Assembly (NCBI GenBank): GCA_965238225.1
Contig: OZ250183.1
Span: 1,312,001-1,376,000 of the forward strand
DNA from: Gammaproteobacteria bacterium
GTDB taxonomy: Bacteria; Pseudomonadota; Gammaproteobacteria; Eutrophobiales; Eutrophobiaceae
Direction of reading: 5' to 3'
DNA length: 64,000 bases
The stretch's first letter is position 1; each line of letters opens with the position of its first letter. The notes below the pieces were generated by a model. It was not told the origin of the DNA. It saw only the letters and a list, made by a program, of their open reading frames with translations, and searched no databases. A program made the translations under genes and the position numbers. Positions 12,292 to 26,094 of the stretch are shown in pieces.

Positions 12292-13923
12292 TTAATCTTG
12301 TTTTGAAGACTCATTAGGATGAATCGTCGCATCATCGCTACCATCATAATCTTCCTTGATATCTTCTCTATCATTACCATCTGAATCATTATCATCTAGC
12401 ATGGTAGTTTCATCACTGCCTTCAGGATCATCAAAAACTGTACCAGTAACATCAAAATTAGAATCCTCGCTGGGTAATTCAGTATCATCAGAACTCTCTG
12501 ATAGGAGGCTTGTGTCCGATGTCAGAATCTCTGCCTCAACGCTTGAAGTGTCTTGGCTTGCTATGATTGTCTCTCCTGTATCTGCCATCTCCGGCATGAC
12601 AAACCCAAATTTAACATTGTGCAATTGAATTATGTCGCCATGTTTTAATCGGACTTCTGAACTCACTGCCTTACCGTTTACAGAAGTTCTATTAATACTC
12701 CCCTGATCAATAATCCAGTAGGAAAAATCCTTATATTCGATCAATGCATGACGACGCCCTATGGTTGTCTCGGGAATAACAAGATAATTCAAAAATTCGG
12801 TATCTTTACCAGCGATGCGCCCCAACATTGTCGGCTTGCTCCCTAACATAAAACTTGCTTGTCCAGTAACGTTATGAATATCATTCAGATACGCCTCTTG
12901 AACAATTTCTGCATTACGAGGTTTTGATTTACTGCCTCTTAGCAACACAAACACCATCATAACTACTGCCAAAATTAGCGCCGCCAAGGCAACCAGAGTG
13001 AGCATAGAACGCTTTCGCTCCGAATCATCGGCAAGTCGTGATACGGCTGCAGAAATTTCTGTGTCGGGAAATGTGGATAATGGCTCAATAATCCTTTCGA
13101 TAATTCTTTCTACAACTACTGACTGTGCAGGTTCTTCTGGTTCATCAGGATCATTTACCAAGGTAATCAGTTTATCAAACACCTGCTGCAGATCATCAGC
13201 TAACAGTACGCGATAATATTCGCCATCCGTATTTTGAGCTAGAGATTGAATCAGTTCAAAATCTGCATCCTCGGTAAATGCTATGCCAAAAATCCTGATA
13301 CGAGCATCCGCAGCATCCGCGCCCAAGTCTTCCCTAAGCCATCTTGTTTGTTCTATATCTCGATCTGCATTACCTGTATCAACAATACCGTCCGTCATAA
13401 AGATAATTACTTTCTTTGCTTCTTCTCTGGCGTTATTTTTCAATTCATAAATAGATTTTTCTATAGCGGCAGGACTATTTGTATGCAAGCCCTTGTAATC
13501 AATTTTTGTGAGACTCTCCAACAAACCTTGTCGTGACGATGATGAAATTTCTGTTAAAGGAACTACAACATGAACATCCTCATCAAAAATTACAATTGAA
13601 ACTCGTGCAGACTCATCAAGATTGTTGATAAATGTTTTAACAGCATATTTTGCTAGAAATTGAGGATCATTTTTCTTCATGCTGCCCGAGTTATCTAACA
13701 CCAAAATAATATCTTTGGGCAGATTGCTTGCGGTAGTACTCGAAGGTTCAGCTGTATCCGTTTCTGTATCTGCTGCAATTTCAGAAAGTACTGCAGAAAC
13801 CTCTGTCGCTTGCTGTTCAAGCATCTCTTGACCTGACTCTGCTTGAGACCAAGAAACGAAGCCAAACAAAAGGAAAATAATTGATAGATAATGATAAGTC
13901 ATAATATTGTTTAATATTATCAT
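12292..13923 (-). CDS. Signal peptide-VWA-TM-FHA protein with acidic C-terminal tail
   Basis: MIDAS DNSGS and TDG; TM MLTLVALAALILAVVMMVFVLL; FHA LGR...IGRRHA...D.GS.N.T.VNG...L.HGD.I; D/E-rich tail. Confidence 0.85.
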   Translation of the reverse strand: MIILNNIMTYHYLSIIFLLFGFVSWSQAESGQEMLEQQATEVSAVLSEIAADTETDTAEPSSTTASNLPKDIILVLDNSGSMKKNDPQFLAKYAVKTFINNLDESARVSIVIFDEDVHVVVPLTEISSSSRQGLLESLTKIDYKGLHTNSPAAIEKSIYELKNNAREEAKKVIIFMTDGIVDTGNADRDIEQTRWLREDLGADAADARIRIFGIAFTEDADFELIQSLAQNTDGEYYRVLLADDLQQVFDKLITLVNDPDEPEEPAQSVVVERIIERIIEPLSTFPDTEISAAVSRLADDSERKRSMLTLVALAALILAVVMMVFVLLRGSKSKPRNAEIVQEAYLNDIHNVTGQASFMLGSKPTMLGRIAGKDTEFLNYLVIPETTIGRRHALIEYKDFSYWIIDQGSINRTSVNGKAVSSEVRLKHGDIIQLHNVKFGFVMPEMADTGETIIASQDTSSVEAEILTSDTSLLSESSDDTELPSEDSNFDVTGTVFDDPEGSDETTMLDDNDSDGNDREDIKEDYDGSDDATIHPNESSKQD

Positions 13924-13967
13924 TAGAATGCCTGATTATAAATAGCTTATTACGGTTTTTAATATTC

Positions 13968-14002
13968 TTTAACATCATAATGCTTTTTTAACATCATAAT
14001 GC
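13968..14002. repeat. Near-tandem 16-bp direct repeat (tttaacatcataatgc x2)
   Basis: Copies at 13968-13983 and 13987-14002, upstream of the VWA-FHA gene. Confidence 0.8.
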
Positions 14003-14038
14003 CTTTATATTATATAGTATGATTTTCAGGTCATAATT

Positions 14039-14889
14039 TTAATAATCTGTACCTATCGCCACAGGTCTTTATGGGTCTGAACACCAACCACCCCAAGAGC
14101 CAGCATACAAACAAGGGGGCTTGAGGTCAGCTGCGCCACCGCTAAGAGATTATGGCAGGCAGTGGACGCCAGAACCACAATACAAGGACTGTTTCTTTAA
14201 TATATCCGTTTCCCAATACATAAATAAAATTCCTTAGCGTAATTAGCAAGAGGTCTTAAAAAAACCGTCATTAATCAAGATTATTTTTTTCCAAAATCGA
14301 TTGATGGCGCTTGATATATGTCCAGCCGCTTTGTCAATCGGCTCAATTTCGCCGTTATGGAGTTTAGAATCTCTAGAATCAACCAACAATTTGGTTGCCG
14401 AAACATCATCGACAGTCGCTAGCCAATCCGTATTTGCCAACGCCTCATAATGACTGGGTATATTTTTTCTTCCCCTGCTGCATCAGGCAATCCAGCCTGC
14501 TCCCAGTCTTGTCATCCTCCATCAAGAACAGCAACAGCCTTGTGCCCCATATAACGCAACAACTACCAAAGTCTAGTAGCAAACCACGTGGATGCGTTAT
14601 CGTAAACAATCACCTGTGAATCACGATTGATTCCAAACTGAGAAAATAATTTACTCAAAGCTGCTTCTGTCGGCAACAGATGCCGTCCATAGTCTGTCAC
14701 AGGAGATCCGCTCAGATCATCATGCACACCTGTAAAGACAGCACCTTTGATATGTGATTTCAGATACAAATTCCTGCCAAAATCTTTAGCCATCAGATTA
14801 CAACTACAATCAAATATAATCTAATCAGGATCTTGTGGATGATTGGCTAATATTTTTTTGTCGATTAGTGTCGTAAATACATCCGTCAT
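14039..14889 (-). pseudogene. sseA: Two-domain sulfurtransferase (SseA/rhodanese-like) pseudogene
   Basis: Fragments HIKGAVF, DLSG, GRH, VIVYD, ARLW-like, LLVDSR, EPIDKAAGHI, LYCGSGV, YAGSWGGWCSDP*RPVA, split by stops and frameshifts. Confidence 0.85.
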
Positions 14890-15057
14890 GTATATTGTCA
14901 TATCCTGCAAAATACCTACCTTGCTTTATAATTTTCAAAGCCCGTCAGCATCATCTCACATTTATGTATTATTTTTAATAAGTTTCCAAGAATTTATTGG
15001 TTTTTTATAAAAATCAATAAATTGTGTTAGAGTCATATATAAAATTAATATCTCTAT

Positions 15058-15093
15058 AAGGGGTGATAATACGGGAAGGGGTGATAATACGGG
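15058..15093. repeat. 18-bp tandem duplication (aaggggtgataatacggg x2)
   Basis: Exact adjacent copies upstream of the 15226 gene. Confidence 0.9.
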
Positions 15094-15225
15094 TTTATAT
15101 TGCTAAAATTACTATTAAAAACGTAGAAATTATTATTTATAGATTTTAGTATAATGCTCACTAGGGTAACATTGAGCGTATACGAATATATACAATCTAG
15201 ATTGTTACTGAGCAAGTAAAAGGCA

Positions 15226-16113
15226 ATGTTAAATAAAATCTTTACAAAACCTCTGAAGTTAGAAGTTGGGGAGCAAACGGTGAGTTTCTTATCGATTGCC
15301 GATTTTGGATTCTGCATGTCTGGAAGAACATCAGTACCTTCATTGAAAATCACGGAACTGATAAAGCACACTACAAAACAATTACGAACAGAGGCACGCT
15401 CGATAAAAGATATCGAAAAATGCTTTGTATCGATTCTGTCTCATTCACTTGAAGATCCCTCCAGTATTAGTCGCGCACTCAAAGAATTGGACACATCTAT
15501 TTTTTCAAATGATCATGAATGGAGGAGTATCATTAGTGCACTAAATAATAGTAGTGATGAATTTAATCCTTTTCGTAGGATAGCCCTTGTAAAATACATG
15601 CAATATCTATCATCACGCCAAGATATTATTAAATTTCTATTTTCTAAAAAGAAAAAACTAGAGAAAAAATCAGAAAAACAACTAAAATATGAAAAGCAAG
15701 CAGAAGAACTGCTTAAAGAAACAATAATATTTGAAGATAACTTATTTAATCCAAACAGCAATAACACGAAAGATAATGAATTTGAACGTGTGCCAAAAGG
15801 TGAATCAGTAATTATCACGCTCAAGCCTAAAGAAAAAATTGTCGTCATGTTATCAAAGCACAGATGTGCAATTGAAATGAACGAGCAAGCTTTCTTTATT
15901 GATCAAAAAAAGCAAAAGCACGTTTTAGATAAAAAGTATAACATCATAGGTAGAAATGCTTCTGGTTCCATTGTCATAGACCCTAGTTTAAAAGATATCT
16001 CCAGAGTACATCTTGTTATCGAAAGTCTAGGTGATAATATACTGCAATTAACTGATCTTTCTGCGCATGGTACATACATACCATCAGCGCTCCTTGCAGA
16101 TCATTCATGCTGA
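15226..16113 (+). CDS. Unknown N-terminal helical domain plus C-terminal FHA domain
   Basis: C-terminal IIGR......IVID.....ISRVHL.I......QLTDLSAHGT = FHA signature; N-terminal ~200 aa not recognised. Confidence 0.75.
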   Translation: MLNKIFTKPLKLEVGEQTVSFLSIADFGFCMSGRTSVPSLKITELIKHTTKQLRTEARSIKDIEKCFVSILSHSLEDPSSISRALKELDTSIFSNDHEWRSIISALNNSSDEFNPFRRIALVKYMQYLSSRQDIIKFLFSKKKKLEKKSEKQLKYEKQAEELLKETIIFEDNLFNPNSNNTKDNEFERVPKGESVIITLKPKEKIVVMLSKHRCAIEMNEQAFFIDQKKQKHVLDKKYNIIGRNASGSIVIDPSLKDISRVHLVIESLGDNILQLTDLSAHGTYIPSALLADHSC

Positions 16114-16307
16114 TCTTTTTCACATCATAAATCTACAGACATAGAGAAAAATACTGCACGATTGTATGCTTATTCCAGATAATATATCTCCTAATATATC
16201 TCAGTCATTCTTTACATTGGAATATAATATTTTTCCTAATATCGGCATCCGTTCATTAATAGCGCTTTTTACCAAGGCATCAGCCTCAAAATCAACCCGG
16301 ATAAAAA

Positions 16308-17039
16308 ATGACCACAGTCACATTTGATATTGATAAATTAGCAGCAGAGTATAATGACAAAACACCTTTAGAGATACTGGCTCTAGCAATAGATCGTTTC
16401 GAGAATATATCTATTTCATTTAGTGGCGCTGAAGATGTTGTACTCATCGATATGGCGGTTCAGATTAAACCCGACATCAAGATATTTTCTTTGGATACAG
16501 GAAGATTACATCCAGAAACCTATCGATTCATAGAACAAGTAAAAAATCACTACAATATAAAAATCTATTTGGTGTCTCCCGATCCAAAACAATTAGAAAA
16601 ATTTGTCCATGATAAGGGCTTGTATAGTTTTTATCAAGATGGTCACGAGGAATGCTGCAATATTCGCAAGGTCATGCCTTTGCAACGCGCACTATCAACA
16701 CTCGATGCATGGATTACCGGACAACGCCAAGATCAAAGTCCAGACACGCGCCAAGCAATTCCTATTATTCAAGAAGATATTACGTTCTCGTCTAAAAACC
16801 ACACATTAATCAAGTTCAACCCTTTGGCTCTATGGACATCACAAAAAATTTGGCAATATATTCGAGAAAATGATGTTCCTTTTAACGAGCTTCATACAAA
16901 AGGCTTCACCAGTATTGGTTGCGAACCTTGTACACGCGCTATCCTTCCGAATCAACATGAACGAGAAGGACGTTGGTGGTGGGAGGATGTCGCTAAAAAA
17001 GAATGTGGTTTACATTTAGATAATATTAAAAATAAATAA
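16308..17039 (+). CDS. cysH: APS/PAPS reductase (Fe-S type)
   Basis: SFSGAED, LDTGRLHPETY, ECCNIRKV, SIGCEPCT, C-terminal ECGLH. The CC...CxxC cysteines indicate the 4Fe-4S APS reductase type. Confidence 0.93.
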   Translation: MTTVTFDIDKLAAEYNDKTPLEILALAIDRFENISISFSGAEDVVLIDMAVQIKPDIKIFSLDTGRLHPETYRFIEQVKNHYNIKIYLVSPDPKQLEKFVHDKGLYSFYQDGHEECCNIRKVMPLQRALSTLDAWITGQRQDQSPDTRQAIPIIQEDITFSSKNHTLIKFNPLALWTSQKIWQYIRENDVPFNELHTKGFTSIGCEPCTRAILPNQHEREGRWWWEDVAKKECGLHLDNIKNK

Positions 17040-17091
17040 CATGATTAAATTTTAATCTAAATAAATTTATTTTGTCCGTAGTATTTTCCCA

Positions 17092-18081
<990 letters not shown>

Positions 18082-18186
18082 TTATTCTGTATTATTATAA
18101 AAATATGTATATAAATTACTTTTAAGTATAGAGAGGAGCTTATACACTAACAAGCTCTTTTCAAAACAGCATTCATTCTTGGCGAC

Positions 18187-18972
18187 TTGATGGACATAGC
18201 ATTCATAATTATCGGTTTCTTAGTTGGTTTCGTCGTCGGTTTGACTGGCGTTGGTGGCGGCTCGCTCATGACCCCTATTTTAGTTCTGGGGTTTTCTATT
18301 CCTCCAGCTATAGCAGTTGGAACCGACTTGTTGTATGCCGCAATAACCAAATCTACAGGTATTTTTATTTATCATGCTAAAAATACTATTGACTGGAATG
18401 TTGTGAAACTTTTAAGTGCCGGAAGCATACCTTCGGCATGTTTATCTATTTTTGTGCTCAAAACCATGACTGCGTCAGGAATAGATTACAACCAAGTCAT
18501 CACTACCATTTTGAGTATCGCATTGATACTGACATCATTAGCGCTCCTGTTTAAAACTCAAATTCAAAAGCTTAGTCAAAATGAGCATATGTCTAGCCTC
18601 AAGGTTCTACACAAAGAATTCCAGAAACCATTAACTATTTTTTCTGGTGCTATGATTGGTTTTTTAGTCACGCTTTCCTCGGTTGGTGCTGGCGTATTAG
18701 GCGCTACAATATTATTTTTTCTTTACCCGCATATGCGTGCAATATCAATTGTTGGTACTGATCTGGCTCATGCTGTACCGATTACCGCTATTTCTGGCCT
18801 TGGTCATGCGTATCTAGGAGCGGTTGATTATATGCTTTTAGGAACCCTCCTGATTGGGTCTATCCCAGGCATATATCTGGGAGGCAATCTCGGCTCATAC
18901 TTACCCGAGCGCGTCATGCGACCTCTTTTGGCTGCTATGTTGCTTATGATTGGAATTTTTTTGCTATTGTAA
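18187..18972 (+). CDS. TauE/SafE (TSUP) sulfite exporter family
   Basis: VGLTGVGGGSLMTP, AVGTDL, VGTDLAHAVP; multi-TM. Confidence 0.9.
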   Translation: MMDIAFIIIGFLVGFVVGLTGVGGGSLMTPILVLGFSIPPAIAVGTDLLYAAITKSTGIFIYHAKNTIDWNVVKLLSAGSIPSACLSIFVLKTMTASGIDYNQVITTILSIALILTSLALLFKTQIQKLSQNEHMSSLKVLHKEFQKPLTIFSGAMIGFLVTLSSVGAGVLGATILFFLYPHMRAISIVGTDLAHAVPITAISGLGHAYLGAVDYMLLGTLLIGSIPGIYLGGNLGSYLPERVMRPLLAAMLLMIGIFLLL

Positions 18973-19358
18973 TTAAATTACCAAAAAATTTAAGCAGTCT
19001 AATATTACTATAAGAGCAAGTGTTACTTAAGAGTAGGACTTAAGCAGCGTGATCCCTTCTATAGTTCTCAATAATTTTAAACATTTTGTCTTTCAAAAAA
19101 AATTTTTTCTTTTTCTTTTTTTCTAATTTCATATTCTCAATAGTAATCTCTCCAGTATTTTAACTGCCTATTTCTCGTTTTAAATTGGCATGTCCGATGA
19201 AAAACAAAACTGGTTATTACACGAACAAAATCACGCTAGAAATGTTACAAAAGCCTTCGCTGAACTTGAATGGGAATAAAATTAAAATTTAGAAACTTAA
19301 AACGGAATAAGCCCAAGCACAGAATAAAACTCAACAAGGAAGCGAACCCTTCATAAAC

Positions 19359-19697
19359 TTAATCTTCTATTTTCTTTTTTATATGAGGTATGGATGATGG
19401 ATCTCCTGCATTCATATAACGCTTTTCATCATCTATAGCCGTCATGTTTTCATAAACGCCATCATCTCTTTTTACAAGTTTTGTAAACCCGTGATTTTTT
19501 AACTCGGCATTACCCGTTGGAAATGCGAGCGCAGGCGCCCTGATAATTTTTCTTACAGATGCTAAAGGGTCTGTTTCGCCAAGAGGATGTTGTGTGACGT
19601 AACAAAGCTCCCCCCAGTTTTCGATATTATCCTTAATTGAATGTGTTGCCTCAATGGTTTTGCCATTTAGCCCACAAAAATAATCATAATTTGGCAA
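19359..19697 (-). CDS. FmdB-like zinc-ribbon-type small protein
   Basis: (M)PNYDYFC...G..IE..H...WGELC...VRKII.AP; GAGGA RBS before TTG 19697. Confidence 0.65.
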   Translation of the reverse strand: MPNYDYFCGLNGKTIEATHSIKDNIENWGELCYVTQHPLGETDPLASVRKIIRAPALAFPTGNAELKNHGFTKLVKRDDGVYENMTAIDDEKRYMNAGDPSSIPHIKKKIED

Positions 19698-19820
19698 TAG
19701 ATTTTTCCTCAAATCATTATTAAAACAGGAAAGAAAATAACCATAAAAATAAGCATAGTCAAATTATGATAATTCTAACAGTAGCACTCGTTATCCGCCG
19801 AGATGGTTTGTTATATTTTA

Positions 19821-20123
19821 CTATGAAAGTCTTATTACCTTTTGGCGAAATAAGCCTTTTTCTTTTTTTCTAAGAATTTTTTTTGATATCTGTTTTATAT
19901 CTCCGCTTGTAGTAAGTCCTTGTGCATAACTTCTACAACCAAGGATGTTCTTATATTCATAAACAAAATAATCATCATTGTTATTAATTTCTTCATAATA
20001 TGAAGCTATTAATTTCTTAGGACGAAGAGATAAACTAAAACATATACTAACGATAAATAATATAATTTCTTCTTTGTTAAAATCAAAAGATGTTAAATAT
20101 ATTGTTATAAATTCTAGAGACAT
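19821..20123 (-). CDS. AT-rich hypothetical membrane protein
   Basis: 100-aa ORF with AGGAG RBS and a hydrophobic N-terminal segment; no family recognised. Confidence 0.45.
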   Translation of the reverse strand: MSLEFITIYLTSFDFNKEEIILFIVSICFSLSLRPKKLIASYYEEINNNDDYFVYEYKNILGCRSYAQGLTTSGDIKQISKKILRKKEKGLFRQKVIRLS

Positions 20124-20147
20124 TACTGTATGCTCCTACTGTGTATC

Positions 20148-20670
20148 TCATAGGAACTTTCTGGATTTTAAAAATTCCTTCACCTGTTTTATGACACTAT
20201 CATTTTTCATAAGAAATGGGTGTGATACAGCTAAAGAAATGTGATCAGTCATGTCTGCCAGTTTAGTACGAACAACTGATACCTTTCCATCATCTGGGTT
20301 GGGCAGCATTAATGACAAGATAAAATTAATAGTTGATGTGCCGTCTATGATACCAATAGGGTAATTGACTGACTCCAGTGAGTTCGGAACGCTTGTTGCC
20401 TCGGTGCTAAGCTGCATACCCGCTGGACTATTTATCATTTTAAACCCATAGTATATTTCTCATTTTATCAACAACTTCACTGCTTTTATTCGGCGACCCC
20501 AGCATAACAACTCTATTTAAATTTTCTAAGTTATTATCCTCCAAATATTATTCTTAATACGATACCGCCTAATGAGTGCGTAACAAAATTTATTGGTGAC
20601 GTAGCCACACACCTAAAGCATAATACGACACATGCACAAAGACGTGCGTTAGTAGTCGCTGCGGAATGTA
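20148..20670 (-). pseudogene. Alpha/beta hydrolase (lipase/esterase-like) pseudogene
   Basis: Fragments INFVTHSLGGI (nucleophile elbow), RVVMLGSPNKSSEVVD, PDDGKVSV..TKL..M.DH..L.VSHPFLM in different frames. Confidence 0.75.
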
Positions 20671-20789
20671 TCATTAAAAATATTTCTTATTCTTTGGGCG
20701 ATATTTTTATATTCATCAATAAATTTTCTTTCTGCAATGTGCGCATTGTCATCCATACAATTCATTGAGCATGCTAATCCTTTATTTTC

Positions 20790-21815
20790 ATTCAGGTCTT
20801 TTGAGAAGGTGCTGATTGACTTCATGTCAAATGCACGTATATGATTTTCTAAAGTTTTTAGGTAATCATATGCCTCAATACCTCCTTCCCGGTCTTAACA
20901 TTCCAGCACCCTGTTTTTTGTCGTATATTTGACATTTCGTCCTTAATACTGATGAATCTTTCCATATCTTCCAAACCAAATGTGCGCTGATATATATACG
21001 GGTTTAATCGCTCTAGCAGATCAGCTCCTAATTATGATGAGCCAGCCATAAATCTAGCGCGTAGCCATGCGAACCTCTCCCACGCTTCAGTGCTTGCTTC
21101 ATAGTAATGTTCAGTATCATCTATTGGCATCACCAAAGGTGCATTTCTTCCCCATGGTCGAAGGTTAAAATCAACGCGATAAAGAAATCCTGTTGGTTTT
21201 ATTTCTTCAAGATAACGAGTAAAATTGCGAATGCATTGCACGAGTGCAGAATGATATTTATCTGTATCGCCTTCAATATCTTCGCTGCTGACACAGACAA
21301 AAATAAGATCAACATCGGAACTATAATTTAATTCCTGCGCGCCTAATTTACCCATTGCAAACAAGGCAAGAGGCACTTCCTTGTCTGCTTGTTTTAAATC
21401 TTCGCATGCGCTTGCAAGCTCTAATGTTTTATTTAATATCGCGTCAGCTAATTTACTTAGCGCCAATAATATCTGTTCATATGGTTCTTGATTACTTATA
21501 TCCAAAGATGTGATTCGTAAAAGCTCACGATATTTTAATAGCCTTAAGCCTTCTATATCTGATATTTTTTTAATGTGGAGAAAGTTTCACTTTTCTTCGT
21601 TCCAATTAAGTAAATTGCTTCTGGCTTACGGCAAATATAATGAAAAAGAAAATTTGATACTGTAATGATATGAATGAAAAGCCGAGTAAATTTAACAGGT
21701 TTTTCAGATAAAAAATCACGTACAATAGCTTCTTGTCAAGGAGGTGCTCTAGTCTTAAATTTGCAAGCTCAGGGTTGGGCGATTGACCTAACAGATGTTT
21801 GTATTTAGAAATCAC
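20790..21815 (-). pseudogene. glnE: GlnE-like glutamine synthetase adenylyltransferase pseudogene
   Basis: AMGKLGAQELNYSSDVDLIF, GFLYRVDFNLRP.G, WERFAWLRAR, WNVK.G; frameshifts, in-frame stop at 21032, much shorter than the two-domain enzyme. Confidence 0.8.
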
Positions 21816-21836
21816 AAAATAAGAACTAATCTCTAC

Positions 21837-21890
21837 AATTATCTTGTAAAATGTCTTTGTCTGGCTGTAGCAAGAATTATCTTGTAAAAT
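21837..21890. repeat. 16-bp direct repeat (aattatcttgtaaaat x2)
   Basis: Copies at 21837-21852 and 21875-21890, between thiC and glnE. Confidence 0.8.
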
Positions 21891-21898
21891 TCACTCCA

Positions 21899-23827
<1,929 letters not shown>

Positions 23828-23843
23828 TCAGATGGGGAAATGT

Positions 23844-23916
23844 CTGCTTCCCTACGCCAGTACTAACCGGTTCAGGTTCAAGAGTTAATCTCAGCCATTA
23901 TGAGGCACCTCTAGCT
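23844..23916 (-). promoter_or_regulatory. TPP riboswitch
   Basis: Minus strand GAGGTGCC...GGCTGAGATTAACTCTTGAACCTGAACCGGTTAGTACTGGCGTAGGGAAG matches the TPP aptamer core, directly upstream of thiC. Confidence 0.93.
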
Positions 23917-23988
23917 ACACTGCTCATATCTTTGCTGTATAATACCCCAGATGAGCCAATTGAAACCTACTTATTTGAGAATATTTTG

Positions 23989-24642
23989 ATGAATTTTAAT
24001 GAAGCCCGCTTAAACATGATTGAGCAACAAATCAAGCCTTGGAATGTGCCTGATAAGTCTGTGCTGGATCTGATTTCCGAGATTCACCGCGAAGATTTCG
24101 TACCTGCCGAATATAAGCGCTTGGCGCTTTCTGATATGCGAATACCCCTCGCTCATGACGAGATAACGATGACTCCTAAAGTTGAAGCGCGTTTAATGCA
24201 AGCGCTCGAAATACAGCCAGAAGATGAAATCCTTGAAATTGGTACGGGGTGCGCTTATTTAACCGCTTTATTAGCAAAATCTGGATGCCATGTTATAAGT
24301 GTAGATATCCAGCCTGAGTTCACAGAACAGGCAAAACTAAAACTTGAACAATATGGTATTCATAATGTAACGCTTGAATCAGGTGATGCAATTCATGGTT
24401 GGCAACAGTCTGCGCCATATAATGTGATTGTGCTCACTGGTTCTGTTCCTTTTCTGAGTGAAAAATTAAAACAGCAACTTAAAATAAACGGGCGTCTATT
24501 CATAATTACTGGCCAGTCACCTGTTATGGAAGCAACGCTAATTAAAAGATTGTCTGAAAATGAATGGAATGCTGAAATATTATTCGAAACTGACCTGCCA
24601 GAATTGGTAGGCGCCACTCAAGTTGAGCCTTTCAAGTTTTAG
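23989..24642 (+). CDS. pcm: Protein-L-isoaspartate O-methyltransferase family
   Basis: ARLNMIEQQI.PW.V, REDFVP, ILEIGTG..Y, LFET; probable start ATG 23989. Confidence 0.88.
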   Translation: MNFNEARLNMIEQQIKPWNVPDKSVLDLISEIHREDFVPAEYKRLALSDMRIPLAHDEITMTPKVEARLMQALEIQPEDEILEIGTGCAYLTALLAKSGCHVISVDIQPEFTEQAKLKLEQYGIHNVTLESGDAIHGWQQSAPYNVIVLTGSVPFLSEKLKQQLKINGRLFIITGQSPVMEATLIKRLSENEWNAEILFETDLPELVGATQVEPFKF

Positions 24643-24702
24643 CAAGCAATGCTAAACTAATAATTAGTTAAGAATGTAATAAAAAAGACAAAAAAATAGA
24701 AA

Positions 24703-26052
24703 ATGAATTTCGATACATACAATAATAAAGATGCTAGCTTGATGTCATATTTAAAATATAGCGCTTTGTTGGTGATTTTTAGTTGCAGAGTTGCGGCAAT
24801 GGATTTGATTGACGTTTACGCACTTGCCCAAGCCAGCGATCCGTTATACAAGCAATCTATTTTCTCAACCTTGGCTATTCGTGAATCAAAACCCCAAGCA
24901 AAGGCATTGTTATTACCCTCTGTTAATATAAATGCCAATGCAATGAGAAATGATCAAACGATCAGTAACAATGCGAGCTTTGGCCGTTCAGGTAATGTAA
25001 ATTTTGACAGTTACAACTATGCAATAGATATTACACAATCAATATTCAGATGGGATCGTTATCTCGCTCTAAAACAAGCGGATAGTCTCATTCTTCAAGC
25101 TGAAGCCGAACAAGAGTCTATGAAACAAGACTTAATTATCCGCGTAATAGAGAGTTATTTTGAAATTCTGGCTGCCTTGGATAACCTTGAATTTGCAAAA
25201 GCTGAAACAAAATCACTGAAAAGCCAACTAGAACAAGCAAGGCAACGATTTGCAGTAGGCTTAATAGCAATAACAGATGTTCAAGAGGCGCAAGCTGGTT
25301 TCGATAGAGCGACTGCAGATGAAATTTTGAATAAAAATTTACTTGACAATGCCAGAGAAAATTTGCGTGAGATAATAGGTCAATATATTACCAAACTAGA
25401 CAGCTTGGGTGATTTTATGCCCCTCATCAACCCTGAACCAGATGATATTGACCAATGGTCAAAAACGGCTGCATCGAATAATTTGAATATTATTGCGATC
25501 AAATACAAACTGGAAAACTCGCTTCGGGAAGTCAAAAAACAAAGTGCTGGTCATTTACCTACTCTCGATTTAGTTGTCAAATACGGAAAAAATTTATCGG
25601 GCGGTCTTTTTGGTACAACTGAAACCGAATCATCAGCTATTGGTTTAGAATTGAATGCGCCTATCTATCAAGGTAAATTCGTCAGCTCCAAATCAAAAGA
25701 AGCCAGACATCGTTATAATCAGTCGCTGCAAGAACTTGAACAGGCTCTACGTGCTGCACAGAAAGAAACTCGTCAGGCATATCTGGGTGTTATTTCTGGT
25801 ATCAGTCGTGTTACTGCGCTCAAGCAGGCTATTGTTTCAAGTGAGGCTGCATTAAAAGCAACAGAAACCGGTTTTCAAGTTGGTACACGCACTGCGGTTG
25901 ATGTCGTCGCATCAGAGAGAAACAACTTGAATGCAAAACGTAATTATTCACGTGCAAGATATGATTATTTACTAAACAGTATGCGTCTTAAACGTGCAGC
26001 CGGGATATTAACTCCGGATGATCTAAAGCAAATTAGTGCTTGGCTAAATTAG
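24703..26052 (+). CDS. tolC: TolC family outer membrane channel
   Basis: Signal peptide, DL..VY..A...DP, RF.VGLIAITDVQEAQA, GHLPTLDL, GFQVGTRT.VDV, ARYDYL. Confidence 0.92.
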   Translation: MNFDTYNNKDASLMSYLKYSALLVIFSCRVAAMDLIDVYALAQASDPLYKQSIFSTLAIRESKPQAKALLLPSVNINANAMRNDQTISNNASFGRSGNVNFDSYNYAIDITQSIFRWDRYLALKQADSLILQAEAEQESMKQDLIIRVIESYFEILAALDNLEFAKAETKSLKSQLEQARQRFAVGLIAITDVQEAQAGFDRATADEILNKNLLDNARENLREIIGQYITKLDSLGDFMPLINPEPDDIDQWSKTAASNNLNIIAIKYKLENSLREVKKQSAGHLPTLDLVVKYGKNLSGGLFGTTETESSAIGLELNAPIYQGKFVSSKSKEARHRYNQSLQELEQALRAAQKETRQAYLGVISGISRVTALKQAIVSSEAALKATETGFQVGTRTAVDVVASERNNLNAKRNYSRARYDYLLNSMRLKRAAGILTPDDLKQISAWLN

Positions 26053-26094
26053 TGCGTGAACTGTTAAAATTAAACACGTCACTAAAGCAACATT

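Noticed and set aside
14243-14793. ORFs 14243-14440 and 14563-14793 as separate genes
   Set aside because: Both are fragments of the sulfurtransferase pseudogene.
19040-19350. Short ORFs (MKLEKKKKKK.. on minus; MSDEKQNW.. on plus)
   Set aside because: About 30 aa each, low complexity, no supporting motif.
23932-23988. Longer N-terminus for pcm given in the ORF track
   Set aside because: Family similarity begins at MNFNEARLNM (23989); the extension lies in the divergent promoter region.
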